From NCBI GenBank assembly GCA_965217115.1, contig OZ244239.1, positions 480,001-544,000 of the forward strand: a stretch of 64,000 nucleotides of DNA. The letters run 5' to 3'. Under the pieces are notes generated by a model. It was given only the letters and a program-made list of their open reading frames with translations. It was not told the DNA's origin and ran no database searches. Each line of letters opens with the position of its first letter. The first letter of the stretch is position 1. The translations under genes were made by a program, and so were the position numbers. Positions 41,881 through 51,630 of the stretch are shown one piece after another. This DNA comes from Bdellovibrionales bacterium (GTDB taxonomy: Bacteria; Bdellovibrionota; Bdellovibrionia; Bdellovibrionales; CAYMLA01).

Positions 41881-42780
41881 ATGTCCTTACGCGTCTTGTT
41901 AGCTGATGAGAGTTCAGCCATAAAAAAAGTCATTGAGCTAGCCCTTCAAGAACAGGGAGTGGAGGTCAAACCTGTGAATATCGGCCTCGATGTCGTCTCC
42001 GTGGCTAAGAATTTCAAGCCACATATCATATTTGCAGATGTCCTTTTACAGAAATGCAGTGGCTACGATGTCTGTTTTAAAGTTAAAAATGACCCTGATC
42101 TCAAGGAAATACCCGTTATTCTTATGTGGAGCAGTTTCATGGAGCTAGATGAGAAGAAACTCGCCCGCTCTGCACCAGATGAAAAACTAGAAAAGCCCTT
42201 TAGCGCTGAACAATTACAAGAAATTATTGGAAAATTTGCCCCACAAAATCAAAACCCTGTTGCAAGTTTTTTAAGCATGCCCTCCTCCGAAAAAGATGAA
42301 CCCGTTTTACCCCGCGATACGACAATCTCTCATACTGAGATCACTAATATAAAAACACCTCCGGCTATTCCAACTCCCCCCCCTCTTGTTTCTCTAGATA
42401 TCAATGCTAAAGAGACGAGTGACGGCTTAGATGATGACTGGCAAATGACACCTCTCCAAGAGAAAATAGCCCCTTCAAAGGAAGGGACAGAGCTTTCAGA
42501 GGATTTCTCTCAAGTCAATCTTCAACAGGCAGCTACAGACATGGATGACCTGACTTCTGAACTTTCACTAAACGATTTTCCTAAAGAAACCACATCTAAT
42601 AATCTACAGGTAGCTCCCGATATTGAACAAAAAGTACAACTGCTTATTTCCAAGGAAGTTCAAGAGCAAACGCAAGCCCTCATTGAAGAAACCGTTATGA
42701 AAATCGTTCCTGATATTGCTGAAAAACTTATCTCCCAAGAACTTAACCGACTTCTTAAAGAAGTGGAAAAATCATTTTAA
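41881..42780 (+). CDS. romR: RomR-like response regulator (receiver, Pro/acidic linker, conserved C-terminal helix)
   Basis: Receiver domain VLLADES...ADVLL. C-terminus IEETVMKIVPDIAEKLISQELNRLL resembles the RomR C-domain as I recall it. Confidence 0.65.
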   Translation: MSLRVLLADESSAIKKVIELALQEQGVEVKPVNIGLDVVSVAKNFKPHIIFADVLLQKCSGYDVCFKVKNDPDLKEIPVILMWSSFMELDEKKLARSAPDEKLEKPFSAEQLQEIIGKFAPQNQNPVASFLSMPSSEKDEPVLPRDTTISHTEITNIKTPPAIPTPPPLVSLDINAKETSDGLDDDWQMTPLQEKIAPSKEGTELSEDFSQVNLQQAATDMDDLTSELSLNDFPKETTSNNLQVAPDIEQKVQLLISKEVQEQTQALIEETVMKIVPDIAEKLISQELNRLLKEVEKSF

Positions 42781-42808
42781 CAAAAATTCTTCTAGAGGGA
42801 CCTTCTCT

Positions 42809-43672
42809 ATGGACCTAAACACCCTTATTAAGGCTGCCATTAAAGAAGACATGCCACACGGAGATGCCACCACTGACTGCCTGGCGCAACCGCCAAAAGT
42901 GGGTATCGCTTCCTTACAAGCCAAAGAAGACATCATACTCTCAGGCATAACACCTTTTGAACACACTCTCAGCTCTATCGAACCCACAGCTAAAATCAAT
43001 TGGCATTTTAATGACGGAGACTTAGTTCTCAATAAGCAAACTATCTGTTCTATCTCTGGAGATCTTTTGCAGATTCTCAAAGCTGAACGTATTGCTTTGA
43101 ATTTTATAGGTCATCTCTCTGGTATCGCCACATTAACACAGTGTTTTGTAAAACAAGCCGTTCACACTCAAACAAAGATTATCGACACACGCAAAACCAT
43201 GGCCGGATATCGACAATTGGAGAAAGAAGCTGTTATTCACGGAGGAGGGGGCAATCATCGACAAAGTTTAAGTGATGCTATTCTTATTAAAGAAAACCAT
43301 ATCATACTTATGGGGGGCATCTCCGCAGCTGTTACAAAAATTCGTGAAAATACGGAACTCACCATCGAAGTTGAAGTCGATACACTTCAAAAAGTTAAAG
43401 AAGCTATTGAGTTAAACGTCCATCGTATTCTCTTAGACAATATGGATGATGAAACACTCGAAGAAGCTCTCGCGCTTATCCCCTCTCATATTGAAACAGA
43501 GGTTAGCGGTAATATAACCATAGACAGAGTTTCTCAAATTGCAAAGCTCGGGGTTAATTATATCAGCGTTGGCGCTCTTACCCATTCAGCTCCTTGCGCA
43601 GATATAAGTCTTCTGTTTAACTGGCAAACCATTCAAAATACAACTGAAGACCATCATTCAGGATCAATATAA
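42809..43672 (+). CDS. nadC: Quinolinate phosphoribosyltransferase
   Basis: AERIALN, DTRKT, NHR, EVEVD, LLDNM, SVGALTHS. Start trimmed to MDLNTL. Confidence 0.93.
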   Translation: MDLNTLIKAAIKEDMPHGDATTDCLAQPPKVGIASLQAKEDIILSGITPFEHTLSSIEPTAKINWHFNDGDLVLNKQTICSISGDLLQILKAERIALNFIGHLSGIATLTQCFVKQAVHTQTKIIDTRKTMAGYRQLEKEAVIHGGGGNHRQSLSDAILIKENHIILMGGISAAVTKIRENTELTIEVEVDTLQKVKEAIELNVHRILLDNMDDETLEEALALIPSHIETEVSGNITIDRVSQIAKLGVNYISVGALTHSAPCADISLLFNWQTIQNTTEDHHSGSI

Positions 43673-43675
43673 ATA

Positions 43676-44383
43676 ATGTTCGATACAGGAACCGTTGCAA
43701 AAAGTTGGGCTGAAGAAAATAATATTCCCCACCACTACCAATCTGAAATCACAAGCACTAATGACTGGGCAAAAGAAGAAGGTTCTTCTAAGAACTGTCT
43801 ATTCATTACTAGCTTTCAAAGGTTTGGACGTGGACGTGGGGAAAACGCTTGGCAAGAACTGTCTCCAGGTTCTCATTTTTCCCTCTCCTGGTCTTTTTCA
43901 CTCACGGCTTCTCCCCACCCGACTCTTTCAGCAAAAACTGGCCTGGCCCTTATAAAATCTCTCAGAGGAAGCTGGAACTATATTGATTTTGCTCTTAAAG
44001 CTCCAAACGACATCTATGTTAGAGAAAAAAAAATAGCTGGTATTCTTATTGAAACTATTAGCCAGGGCGATCAGCATCTCTGTGTTATTGGTATCGGCCT
44101 AAACGTTTGGGAAAACCCTCTAACAGCATCGACTTGCCTCAAAAATGTTTTGCCCTCTAAGGCTTTAGGAGAAAAGATTTTTTTTAACTTCTTAAGCCGG
44201 CTTAATCTCGAACTTAATCTTATTATAAAAACACCCTCTTCTAATCTACTTTACAACGATAGACAAGAGTTAAAAGAAGTCCTTAATCAATTCCACGCCT
44301 TTGCAAAAGATCAAGTTAGCGAAGTCTCTCCCGATGGAAGTATCACTCAACAGTCAGGCACAACTCACTGGGCCTCATTATGA
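43676..44383 (+). CDS. birA: Biotin--[acetyl-CoA carboxylase] ligase, no HTH domain
   Basis: STND, GRGRG, KAPND, KKIAGILIE, GIGLN. Confidence 0.85.
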   Translation: MFDTGTVAKSWAEENNIPHHYQSEITSTNDWAKEEGSSKNCLFITSFQRFGRGRGENAWQELSPGSHFSLSWSFSLTASPHPTLSAKTGLALIKSLRGSWNYIDFALKAPNDIYVREKKIAGILIETISQGDQHLCVIGIGLNVWENPLTASTCLKNVLPSKALGEKIFFNFLSRLNLELNLIIKTPSSNLLYNDRQELKEVLNQFHAFAKDQVSEVSPDGSITQQSGTTHWASL

Positions 44384-44910
44384 TTCGTCATATTTTTTAC
44401 ATTCTTCTTATATCCTTTACTCTTCTGAGTGCAATTCTTGCCTATCGTCTCGGCGTGTTTAAACCAGTCAAGTTGGAGATCAAGAAGCAAACACAGTTTC
44501 AAGTCATTTTTAAAGAACACATCGGCCCCTATCACAAAATCGTTCCTATCATTGAAGGGGTTGAAAAGTGGGCCAAAGCCAATGGGCTCCCTTGCACAAG
44601 ATCTTTTGGGGCCTTCTTAGATGACCCCAAGACCACCGAAGAAGTCAGATTAAGAAGCCACGGTGGCTGCCTTATCAATTCATTACCCTTAAACCTTCCA
44701 GAGGGTTTTAAAAGTGCGCACATACAACTTAGCCAATACGTGTACGCCGAGTTTACCGGCTCACCAGGTATCGGTGTGTGGAAGGTCTATTCACCTGTAT
44801 TTGAATTAATGAAGAAGCGACGTTTCCAAAAGTTGTCACCTATCTATGAAGTCTACGAGATCACGGGTAAAGACAGTATGAAAACCAGATATTATTTCCC
44901 ATTTAAATAA
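44380..44910 (+). CDS. GyrI-like small-molecule-binding domain protein, membrane anchored
   Basis: N-terminal TM. HIGPYHKI, FLDDP, YEVY motifs. Confidence 0.7.
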   Translation: MIRHIFYILLISFTLLSAILAYRLGVFKPVKLEIKKQTQFQVIFKEHIGPYHKIVPIIEGVEKWAKANGLPCTRSFGAFLDDPKTTEEVRLRSHGGCLINSLPLNLPEGFKSAHIQLSQYVYAEFTGSPGIGVWKVYSPVFELMKKRRFQKLSPIYEVYEITGKDSMKTRYYFPFK

Positions 44911-44914
44911 TTTG

Positions 44915-47161
44915 CTATTTCTCAATGAAAGAACGTAAGAGATTCAATGCCGAACCCGCCTTAAACCACTTGATCTGATCTTCATTATAGGTGTGCTTGG
45001 TTTGAATACTTTCAACAGAACCATCTCTGTGTTTTAAAACCACTTCTAGGTTTTTTCCCGGAGCAAAATCCTTCAAACCAATAACGGAAACAGAATCTCC
45101 CTCTCGAATTTTATCGTAATCACTCGTATTAGAAAAATGCAGGCCTAACATTCCCTGTTTTTTTAAGTTTGTCTCATGGATACGAGCAAAGCTCCGCGCT
45201 AAAACAACGACCCCACCAAGATGACGGGGACACATCGCCGCATGCTCTCGACTACTGCCCTCTCCATAGTTCTCATCACCAATGATCATCCAATTTTTTC
45301 CTGTGCCCTTATAAGAACGGGCTATTTTAGAATACGGCTTTTCCTTATCATGCCCAACCTCTCCCGTAAAAGCATTATCAGCTCCTATCAGAAGGTTGTC
45401 TGAAATATTATCCAAATGCCCACGAAAACGTAACCACTTACCACCTGGGCAAATATGATCCGTCGTGCACTTGCCCTTTACTTTCGCCAAAATAGATATT
45501 TCCTCAAAGTCCTCACCTGACCATGCAGCAAACGGTTCTAACAAAGCCAAACGCTCCGAACCTTCAGGCACTCTCACTTCAACCCCGCTGCCCTTGGGAG
45601 ATTGATAACCTTCACTGTCTGGCACAAAGCCTTTCTCTGGTAATTCTGGAGCCTGGGGTGCTTGCAATTTTATTTTACCCTTTGGACCTTCTAACTCTTG
45701 AGTCATAGGATTGAAGCCTAAATTCCCCGCAAGGCCAAGGGCCATCACCAACTCAGGGCTACCGATAAAAGAGAGTGTCTCCCCATTGCCATCGTTTCTT
45801 CCTCGAAAATTACGATTGAAACTCGTCACAATCGTATTGGTTTCACCCACCTTAATATCATCGCGCCTCCACTGACCAATACATGGGCCACAGGCATTCG
45901 TTAACATCGTGGCTCCCACATCATTTAGAGTCTTAGAGTAACCGTCTCTCTGAATCGTATTAGCGACTAAACTTGAACCAGGGGATACAAAAAAGTTTTG
46001 TGGCATTTTTATCCCCACTGACGAGGCCTGTTTCGCCACGAATGAAGCTCTACCAATATCCTCATAGGAAGAGTTGGTACAAGAGCCAATCAACGCCGCC
46101 GATAACTTCGTCGGCCATCCATTCTTCTCACACTCTTTAGCCACTTCACTAATGGGACGAGCTAAATCTGGAGAATGGGGACCCACGAGATGGGGCTCCA
46201 AAACCGACAAATCAATCTCAACAACAAGATCGTAATGATCTTTTGGTGATGCTAAAACCTCCTCATCAGCACATAAAATATCTCTGTGACTCTCGGCCAA
46301 CTCCACAAGAAAATCTCGTTCTGTTGCCTTTAAATAATCTGCCATTCTATTATCATAGGGAAAAACAGAACAAGTCGCCCCCAGTTCAGCCCCCATATTA
46401 GTGATCGTCGCTTTACCAGTGCAACTGATGGAGTTTAAACCTTCACCAAAATACTCAATAATACGATTGGTCCCGCCCTTTACAGTTAAGATTCCCAAAA
46501 GTTTCAAAATAACATCCTTAGCCGATGTCCAGCCATTGAGTTCCCCTGTTAAACGAACCCCGACAATTTCTGGATCTTTCACCTCCCAAGTTAACCCTGC
46601 CATAACATCAGAGGCATCCGCCCCCCCGACCCCAATGGCACACATCCCTAAACCACCAGCATTCGGAGTGTGAGAGTCTGTTCCAATCATCAATCCACCG
46701 GGAAATGCATAGTTCTCCAAAATAATCTGATGAATAATTCCCGAACCAGGTTTCCAAAAACCAATTCCATAACGACTGGCCGCAGAACCTAAAAATTCAA
46801 AAACCTCTTTATTAAGCTCATTTGAAGCTGGAAGATCTTTGTCTTTACCCATGTAACCTTGAATCAAATGATCACAATGAACCGTTGAAGGCACAGCTGC
46901 CTCCTCTTTTCCTGCTAACATAAACTGCAACAAAGCCATCTGCGCCGTCGCATCCTGCATCGCCACACGATCAGGCCGTAATTGTAAGAAGCTCTTCCCC
47001 CGTCCAAATTCCTGGGATTCAACATTATCCAAATGCCCAAACAATACCTTCTCTGCTAAGGTCAACGGACGCTGTAAACGTTTCCGAACAATCTCAATGT
47101 TTTGACGGCTTTTTGCATAAATCTTTTTCACCATATCTGAAGTCGTTTCAATCACAGCCAT
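44915..47161 (-). CDS. Aconitate hydratase (mitochondrial-like clade)
   Basis: [41 protein letters not shown]. Confidence 0.93.
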   Translation of the reverse strand: MAVIETTSDMVKKIYAKSRQNIEIVRKRLQRPLTLAEKVLFGHLDNVESQEFGRGKSFLQLRPDRVAMQDATAQMALLQFMLAGKEEAAVPSTVHCDHLIQGYMGKDKDLPASNELNKEVFEFLGSAASRYGIGFWKPGSGIIHQIILENYAFPGGLMIGTDSHTPNAGGLGMCAIGVGGADASDVMAGLTWEVKDPEIVGVRLTGELNGWTSAKDVILKLLGILTVKGGTNRIIEYFGEGLNSISCTGKATITNMGAELGATCSVFPYDNRMADYLKATERDFLVELAESHRDILCADEEVLASPKDHYDLVVEIDLSVLEPHLVGPHSPDLARPISEVAKECEKNGWPTKLSAALIGSCTNSSYEDIGRASFVAKQASSVGIKMPQNFFVSPGSSLVANTIQRDGYSKTLNDVGATMLTNACGPCIGQWRRDDIKVGETNTIVTSFNRNFRGRNDGNGETLSFIGSPELVMALGLAGNLGFNPMTQELEGPKGKIKLQAPQAPELPEKGFVPDSEGYQSPKGSGVEVRVPEGSERLALLEPFAAWSGEDFEEISILAKVKGKCTTDHICPGGKWLRFRGHLDNISDNLLIGADNAFTGEVGHDKEKPYSKIARSYKGTGKNWMIIGDENYGEGSSREHAAMCPRHLGGVVVLARSFARIHETNLKKQGMLGLHFSNTSDYDKIREGDSVSVIGLKDFAPGKNLEVVLKHRDGSVESIQTKHTYNEDQIKWFKAGSALNLLRSFIEK

Positions 47162-47238
47162 CTAAAATTCTCCTTGTGTCACACTCTGAATACTTTCCAG
47201 ACTATGCTCTGCTTCTTGGTGTTTGCAGTCAAGAACTG

Positions 47239-47412
47239 TTTGTTTGATTTGGGCAAAGAGGTGTTTTTTAAATGACATATATTCTTTAGCTCAGACATTC
47301 GTTTGGCTGCGGCGCTCGCTTTGCGAGCATCGCACCAATCCGAACTCGCTAAAGAATATATGTCATTTAAAAAACACATCTTTGAAATCTGCGGCTGGGC
47401 TGGGAACAACGG
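47239..47412 (-). repeat. Hairpin repeat copy R3 (type I, whole element inverted)
   Basis: Perfect 30-bp arms 47261-47290 / 47348-47377. The reverse complement aligns with R1, R2 and R8. Confidence 0.95.
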
Positions 47413-47540
47413 AGAGAGAGAGAGAGAGGGAACAACGGAGAAGGACGGGAATAATGGAGAAAGAGACAGAGGGGGGACAACGGAGAAAGAGAAAGAGGGG
47501 GGGAACAACGGAGAGAGAGAAGGAAGGGGGGGGGGGGGGG
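47402..47540 (+). repeat. Purine-rich tail with about five GGGAACAACGGAG-like units, (GA)n tracts and G15
   Basis: Units at 47402, 47428, 47447, 47474 and 47501. G run 47526-47540. Confidence 0.85.
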
Positions 47541-47550
47541 AGCGATTTGT

Positions 47551-47587
47551 AAAAAAAAGCTACAATTTTATGATTGTAGCTTTTTTT
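47551..47587. terminator. Bidirectional intrinsic terminator of lipoprotein paralogue A
   Basis: AAAAAAAAGCTACAAT-TTTATG-ATTGTAGCTTTTTTT. Confidence 0.85.
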
Positions 47588-47609
47588 AACTATTATTTAA
47601 GAGCTAATT

Positions 47610-48701
47610 TTAGATACAATAAATCTTATCCAAAAATACACTTGGTAATTCTATAACATTCGGAGGTTGATCACCGCGCAGTCTTAACAATGTTCGCTTG
47701 GTAGGTTTCGTCTTCAATTCCCACACATCTGTCGTCTCATTAAACTCATAAACATCACTTGAAACATCATCAAAGGGTTCATACCTAATGGAGTAGGAAA
47801 GTAGGTTATCATAACCTGACTCTTTACAAATATTAGCGGCACCCTTTTTGGCCATAGGTAGAAAGCTGTCATCAACAAGATCGTTCATATGTATAATGGT
47901 CCTAAAAGCTCTCCGAATAGTCCAAGCTTCATCGGCGTTTTTTATTAGGAAAAAACTAGATTCTGTATAAAAATTGCTAGCAGGCTTCATAACAGTTGCT
48001 AGTTTTGCCGCAAGAATACTCTTTATCATCTCTGGATAATCGTCATTAATAGCAGAATTATCCTTAAAATGAGAAAGTGTTGTGCCGAAGCAAGTTATAG
48101 ACGCCATATAATTTTTTTTCTCGCCTATTTCTTCATTATAATTATTATAATACATGGAATACTTTTTATCATCACTCTCAAATTTAAAGTAATGGCTCTT
48201 AATATCTAGAGTGTCTGGAAACATACTGCCAGAAACTGGGTTTGATACCAGTGTGGCATGAAGAACAGGATAAGTTACTTTAAAATCATAGTAGTTGGCA
48301 GGCATAGATTCAAAAACCTCAGTTCGACTAGTATAATCATTTATTGTTGTATACCTTCCAAGTTCAGGGCTAGTAAAACCAAGGAAAGAGCAAATCTTTT
48401 GCACTTGCTCGTCTCCATCTTCTCCAGATATCCTTATGCCATTACCAATAGTAATTGGTTTCACGGCATCATCTCCTATCTCATTGATTGCTGATAATCT
48501 CACACTGTCATCTGCGGAAAAATATTCAACCTTAACATTCGTATCTTCTTTGCTTCCGTCTCCCACGACTGCTCCACGGTAACTCGTATCAATAATCACA
48601 ACATCACTGCCTTGATAAATATCATCATCATCACACCCAGAGATACTTAAACCAAGTAGCAAAGATAAGAGAGAATTCCTCATTATTAGTGTCTTTTTCA
48701 T
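47610..48701 (-). CDS. Lipoprotein paralogue A, unknown function
   Basis: Lipobox LSISGC, four further Cys. Paralogue of 49867..50955. Confidence 0.85.
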   Translation of the reverse strand: MKKTLIMRNSLLSLLLGLSISGCDDDDIYQGSDVVIIDTSYRGAVVGDGSKEDTNVKVEYFSADDSVRLSAINEIGDDAVKPITIGNGIRISGEDGDEQVQKICSFLGFTSPELGRYTTINDYTSRTEVFESMPANYYDFKVTYPVLHATLVSNPVSGSMFPDTLDIKSHYFKFESDDKKYSMYYNNYNEEIGEKKNYMASITCFGTTLSHFKDNSAINDDYPEMIKSILAAKLATVMKPASNFYTESSFFLIKNADEAWTIRRAFRTIIHMNDLVDDSFLPMAKKGAANICKESGYDNLLSYSIRYEPFDDVSSDVYEFNETTDVWELKTKPTKRTLLRLRGDQPPNVIELPSVFLDKIYCI

Positions 48702-49060
48702 TTTTAGATCCTTTTAGATAAAGATTAGAGAATAGAGAAAACAATATTCCCATGTAGGTTGATTATTTCTTTGTTTATTAAATTATTAGACCCTGATTAT
48801 AACCGAAGAGAGAGAGTTTTTCTTAAGAAACTTACAAAGTTGAATATTTTACAAATGCCCATCAAGAGAACTTATCTTTTCCAAAATATTTTAAGCGTGT
48901 GACGAGAGAAGCTGTTGTAACTTACCGTAAATACTATGACCTAATCTGTATTTATTTTATTTCTATTTATTTGGTAGATTGTAATCTATTTTCCAAAAAA
49001 GCACTAAAATCAAACAATAGACGCCTATTCCTCTCCCCTTCGCTGTTCCTTACCCTCTCT

Positions 49061-49305
49061 CCGTTGTTTCCAGCCCAGCCCAGCTGCAGATTTTAAAAAT
49101 ATGTTTTTTTAAATGAATGTTTATTCTTTAGCTCAGACATTCGTTTGGCTGCGGCGCTCGCTTTGCGAGCATCGCACCAATCCGAACTCGCTAAAGAATA
49201 AATATTCATTTAAAAAACCACCCTTTACCAAATAATAGGTTTTAGCCAAGTCGAAAAATGCCACAATAATTCAACCTCCCCAGTTAGTTGTCCCCGTCCC
49301 CCTCT
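49061..49305 (+). repeat. Hairpin repeat copy R4 (type II: core flipped) plus linker
   Basis: Arms 49103-49132 / 49190-49218. Core 49133-49189 is the reverse complement of the R1-type core. Confidence 0.93.
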
Positions 49306-49547
49306 CCGTTGTTCCCAGCCCAGATGCAGATTTCAAAAATATGTCTTTTTAAATGAATGTTTATTTTTTAGCTCAGACATTCGTTTGGCTGCGGCGCTCG
49401 CTTCGCGAGCATCGCACCAATCCGAACTCGCTAAAGAATAAACATTCATTTAAAAAATCACCCTTTACCAAATAATAGGTTTTAGCCGAGCCGGAAAATG
49501 CCACAATATTCAACCTCCCCAGTTAGTTGTCCCCGTCCCCGTCTCCA
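49306..49547 (+). repeat. Hairpin repeat copy R5 (type II) plus linker
   Basis: Core lies 240 nt downstream of the R4 core (49373-49429). Same linker. Confidence 0.93.
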
Positions 49548-49783
49548 TCTCCATTACTCCCGTCCCCTTTTCCTGTTGTTCCTAGCCCAGATGCAGATTT
49601 CAAAAATATGTCTTTTTAAATGAATGTTTATTTTTTAGCTCAGACATTCATTTGGCTGCGGCGCTCGCTTCGCGAGCATCGCACCAATTCGAACTCGCTA
49701 AAGAATATATGTCATTTAAAAAACACATCTTTGAAATCTGCATCTGGGCTGGGAACAACGGAGAAGGACGGGAATAATGGAGA
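49548..49783. repeat. Hairpin repeat copy R6, chimeric, with left-type flanks on both sides (long palindrome)
   Basis: Left arm as in R5, right arm as in R3. Outer flanks are mutually complementary. Confidence 0.9.
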
Positions 49784-49806
49784 AAGAGGGGGGGGGAGCG
49801 ATTTGT

Positions 49807-49844
49807 AAAAAAAAAGCTACAACTTTATGATTGTAGCTTTTTTT
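49807..49844. terminator. Bidirectional intrinsic terminator of lipoprotein paralogue B
   Basis: AAAAAAAAAGCTACAA...TTGTAGCTTTTTTT, a copy of 47551-47587. Confidence 0.85.
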
Positions 49845-49866
49845 AACTATTATTTAAGAGCTAATT

Positions 49867-50955
49867 TTAGATACAATAAATCTTATCCAAAAATGCACTT
49901 GGTGCTTCCATTTCATCCGGCGGTGTATTAGGACCTCGCTTCCTTATTATTGTTCGCTTGGTAGGTTTCGTCTTCAATTCCCACACATCTGACGTCTCAT
50001 TAAACTCATAAACATGACTTGAAACATCATCAACGAATTCATATCTAAGGGTGTAGGAAAGCAGATTATTATAACCTGACTCTTTACAAATATTAGCGGC
50101 ACCCTTTTTGGCCATGTCTAGAAAATTGTCCTCATCGTCGTAATCGCGCACACGTATAAAGTTCTCAAATCTAAGATGCCAAAAGTCATGGGCATTTTTT
50201 ATCAGGAAAAAACTAGATCCTGTATAGAAATTGCTAGCAGGCTTTATAATAGTTGCTAGTTTTGCCGCAAGAATACTCTTTATCATCTCTGGATAATCGT
50301 CATTAATAGCAGAATTATCCTTAAAATGAGAAAGTGTTGTGCCGAAGCAAGTTATCGATGCCATATAACTCTTTTTCTCGCCTATTTCGTTTTCTATATA
50401 GCTTTCATAATATTTGGGCCGCTCTTTCTCGCTATCAAAATAATGACTCTGAATATCTAGAGTGTCTGGAAACATACTGCCAGAAACTGAATTTGGTACC
50501 AATGTGGCATGAAGAACGGGATAAGTTGCGCTGAAGTCTCTGTAATTTCTGTGGGTATATTCAGGCTTCTCTCTATAAACCTCAGTTCGACTAGTATAAT
50601 CATTTATTATTGTATACCGTCCAAGTTCAGGGCTAGTAAAACCAAGGAAAGAACAAATTTTTTGCACTTGCTCGCCTCCATTTTCTCCAGAAATTCTTAT
50701 ACCACCACCAATAGTAATTGGTACTGTGGCATCTCCTGCCTCATTGATTGCTGATAATTTCACACTGTCATCTGTGGAAAAATATTCAACCTTAACATTC
50801 GTATCTTCATTGCTTCCGTTTCCCTCAACTATTCCACGGTGACTCGTATCAATAACGACATTAGGAGAACTACCTGTATAGTCATTACACCCAGAGATAC
50901 TTAAACCAAGTAGCAAAGATAAGAGAGAATTCCTCATTATTAGTGTCTTTTTCAT
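49867..50955 (-). CDS. Lipoprotein paralogue B, unknown function
   Basis: Same signal peptide and lipobox as paralogue A. Blockwise identity with it. Confidence 0.85.
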   Translation of the reverse strand: MKKTLIMRNSLLSLLLGLSISGCNDYTGSSPNVVIDTSHRGIVEGNGSNEDTNVKVEYFSTDDSVKLSAINEAGDATVPITIGGGIRISGENGGEQVQKICSFLGFTSPELGRYTIINDYTSRTEVYREKPEYTHRNYRDFSATYPVLHATLVPNSVSGSMFPDTLDIQSHYFDSEKERPKYYESYIENEIGEKKSYMASITCFGTTLSHFKDNSAINDDYPEMIKSILAAKLATIIKPASNFYTGSSFFLIKNAHDFWHLRFENFIRVRDYDDEDNFLDMAKKGAANICKESGYNNLLSYTLRYEFVDDVSSHVYEFNETSDVWELKTKPTKRTIIRKRGPNTPPDEMEAPSAFLDKIYCI

Positions 50956-51245
50956 TTTAGATCCTTTTAGCTAAAGATTAGAGAATAGATAAAACAATAT
51001 TCCCATGTAGGTTGATTATTTCTTTTTTATTAAATTATTAGATCCTGATTATAACCGAAGAGAGAAAATTTTTCTTAAGAAACTTACAAAGTTGAATATT
51101 TTACAAATGCCCATCAAGAGAACTTATCTTCTCCAAAATATTTTAAGCGTGTGACGAGAGAAGCTATTCTAACTTACCGTAAATACTATGATCTAATCTG
51201 TATTTATTTTATTTCTATTTATTTGGTAGATTGTAATTATTTCCC

Positions 51246-51301
51246 AAAAAAACACCCTTTGCCAAATAATAGGTTTTAGCCGAGTCGGAAAATGCCACAA
51301 T
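51246..51301 (+). repeat. Orphan type II right flank/linker without the hairpin
   Basis: AAAAAAACACCCTTTGCCAAATAATAGGTTTTAGCCGAGTCGGAAAATGCCACAAT matches the sequence following R4, R5 and R7b. Confidence 0.85.
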
Positions 51302-51630
51302 TAATTACTTTTGATAATGTCTCATCTTATTACTGGATTCACGATATAGAGTCTTACATCGACGAGAGCCTAGAAAGCGAAAAGAAGGCTTATTAGCCCC
51401 TTCTCTGCTTCGTTTTCTACTCACTAAAAGCACCCTAAACTTAGAGATATCTTTGCCTGAAAAACTAATTTACTCTCTATGATATCAAGTGTTTACAAAA
51501 ATATAAGATTACGTAAACTCTTCCTAACTTGCTAAAAAGACGGTATTTGAACGTTTTTTGCACAGATTTTGGTCGATTTATGTTATTATAGACGTAGAAA
51601 GTACCGATAAAAGAAGGTATGGAGGCAAAT

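Noticed and set aside
2991..46673. Numerous 60-180-aa antisense or alternate-frame ORFs inside housekeeping genes
   Set aside because: They are shadow ORFs of well-supported genes and have no motifs.
49061..49783. CRISPR array
   Set aside because: Units are about 240 nt, the intervening linkers are near-identical rather than unique spacers, and there are no cas genes in the window.
47610..50955. Diversity-generating retroelement (TR/VR pair)
   Set aside because: Both copies are full genes, differences include indels and are not adenine-specific, and no reverse transcriptase is present.
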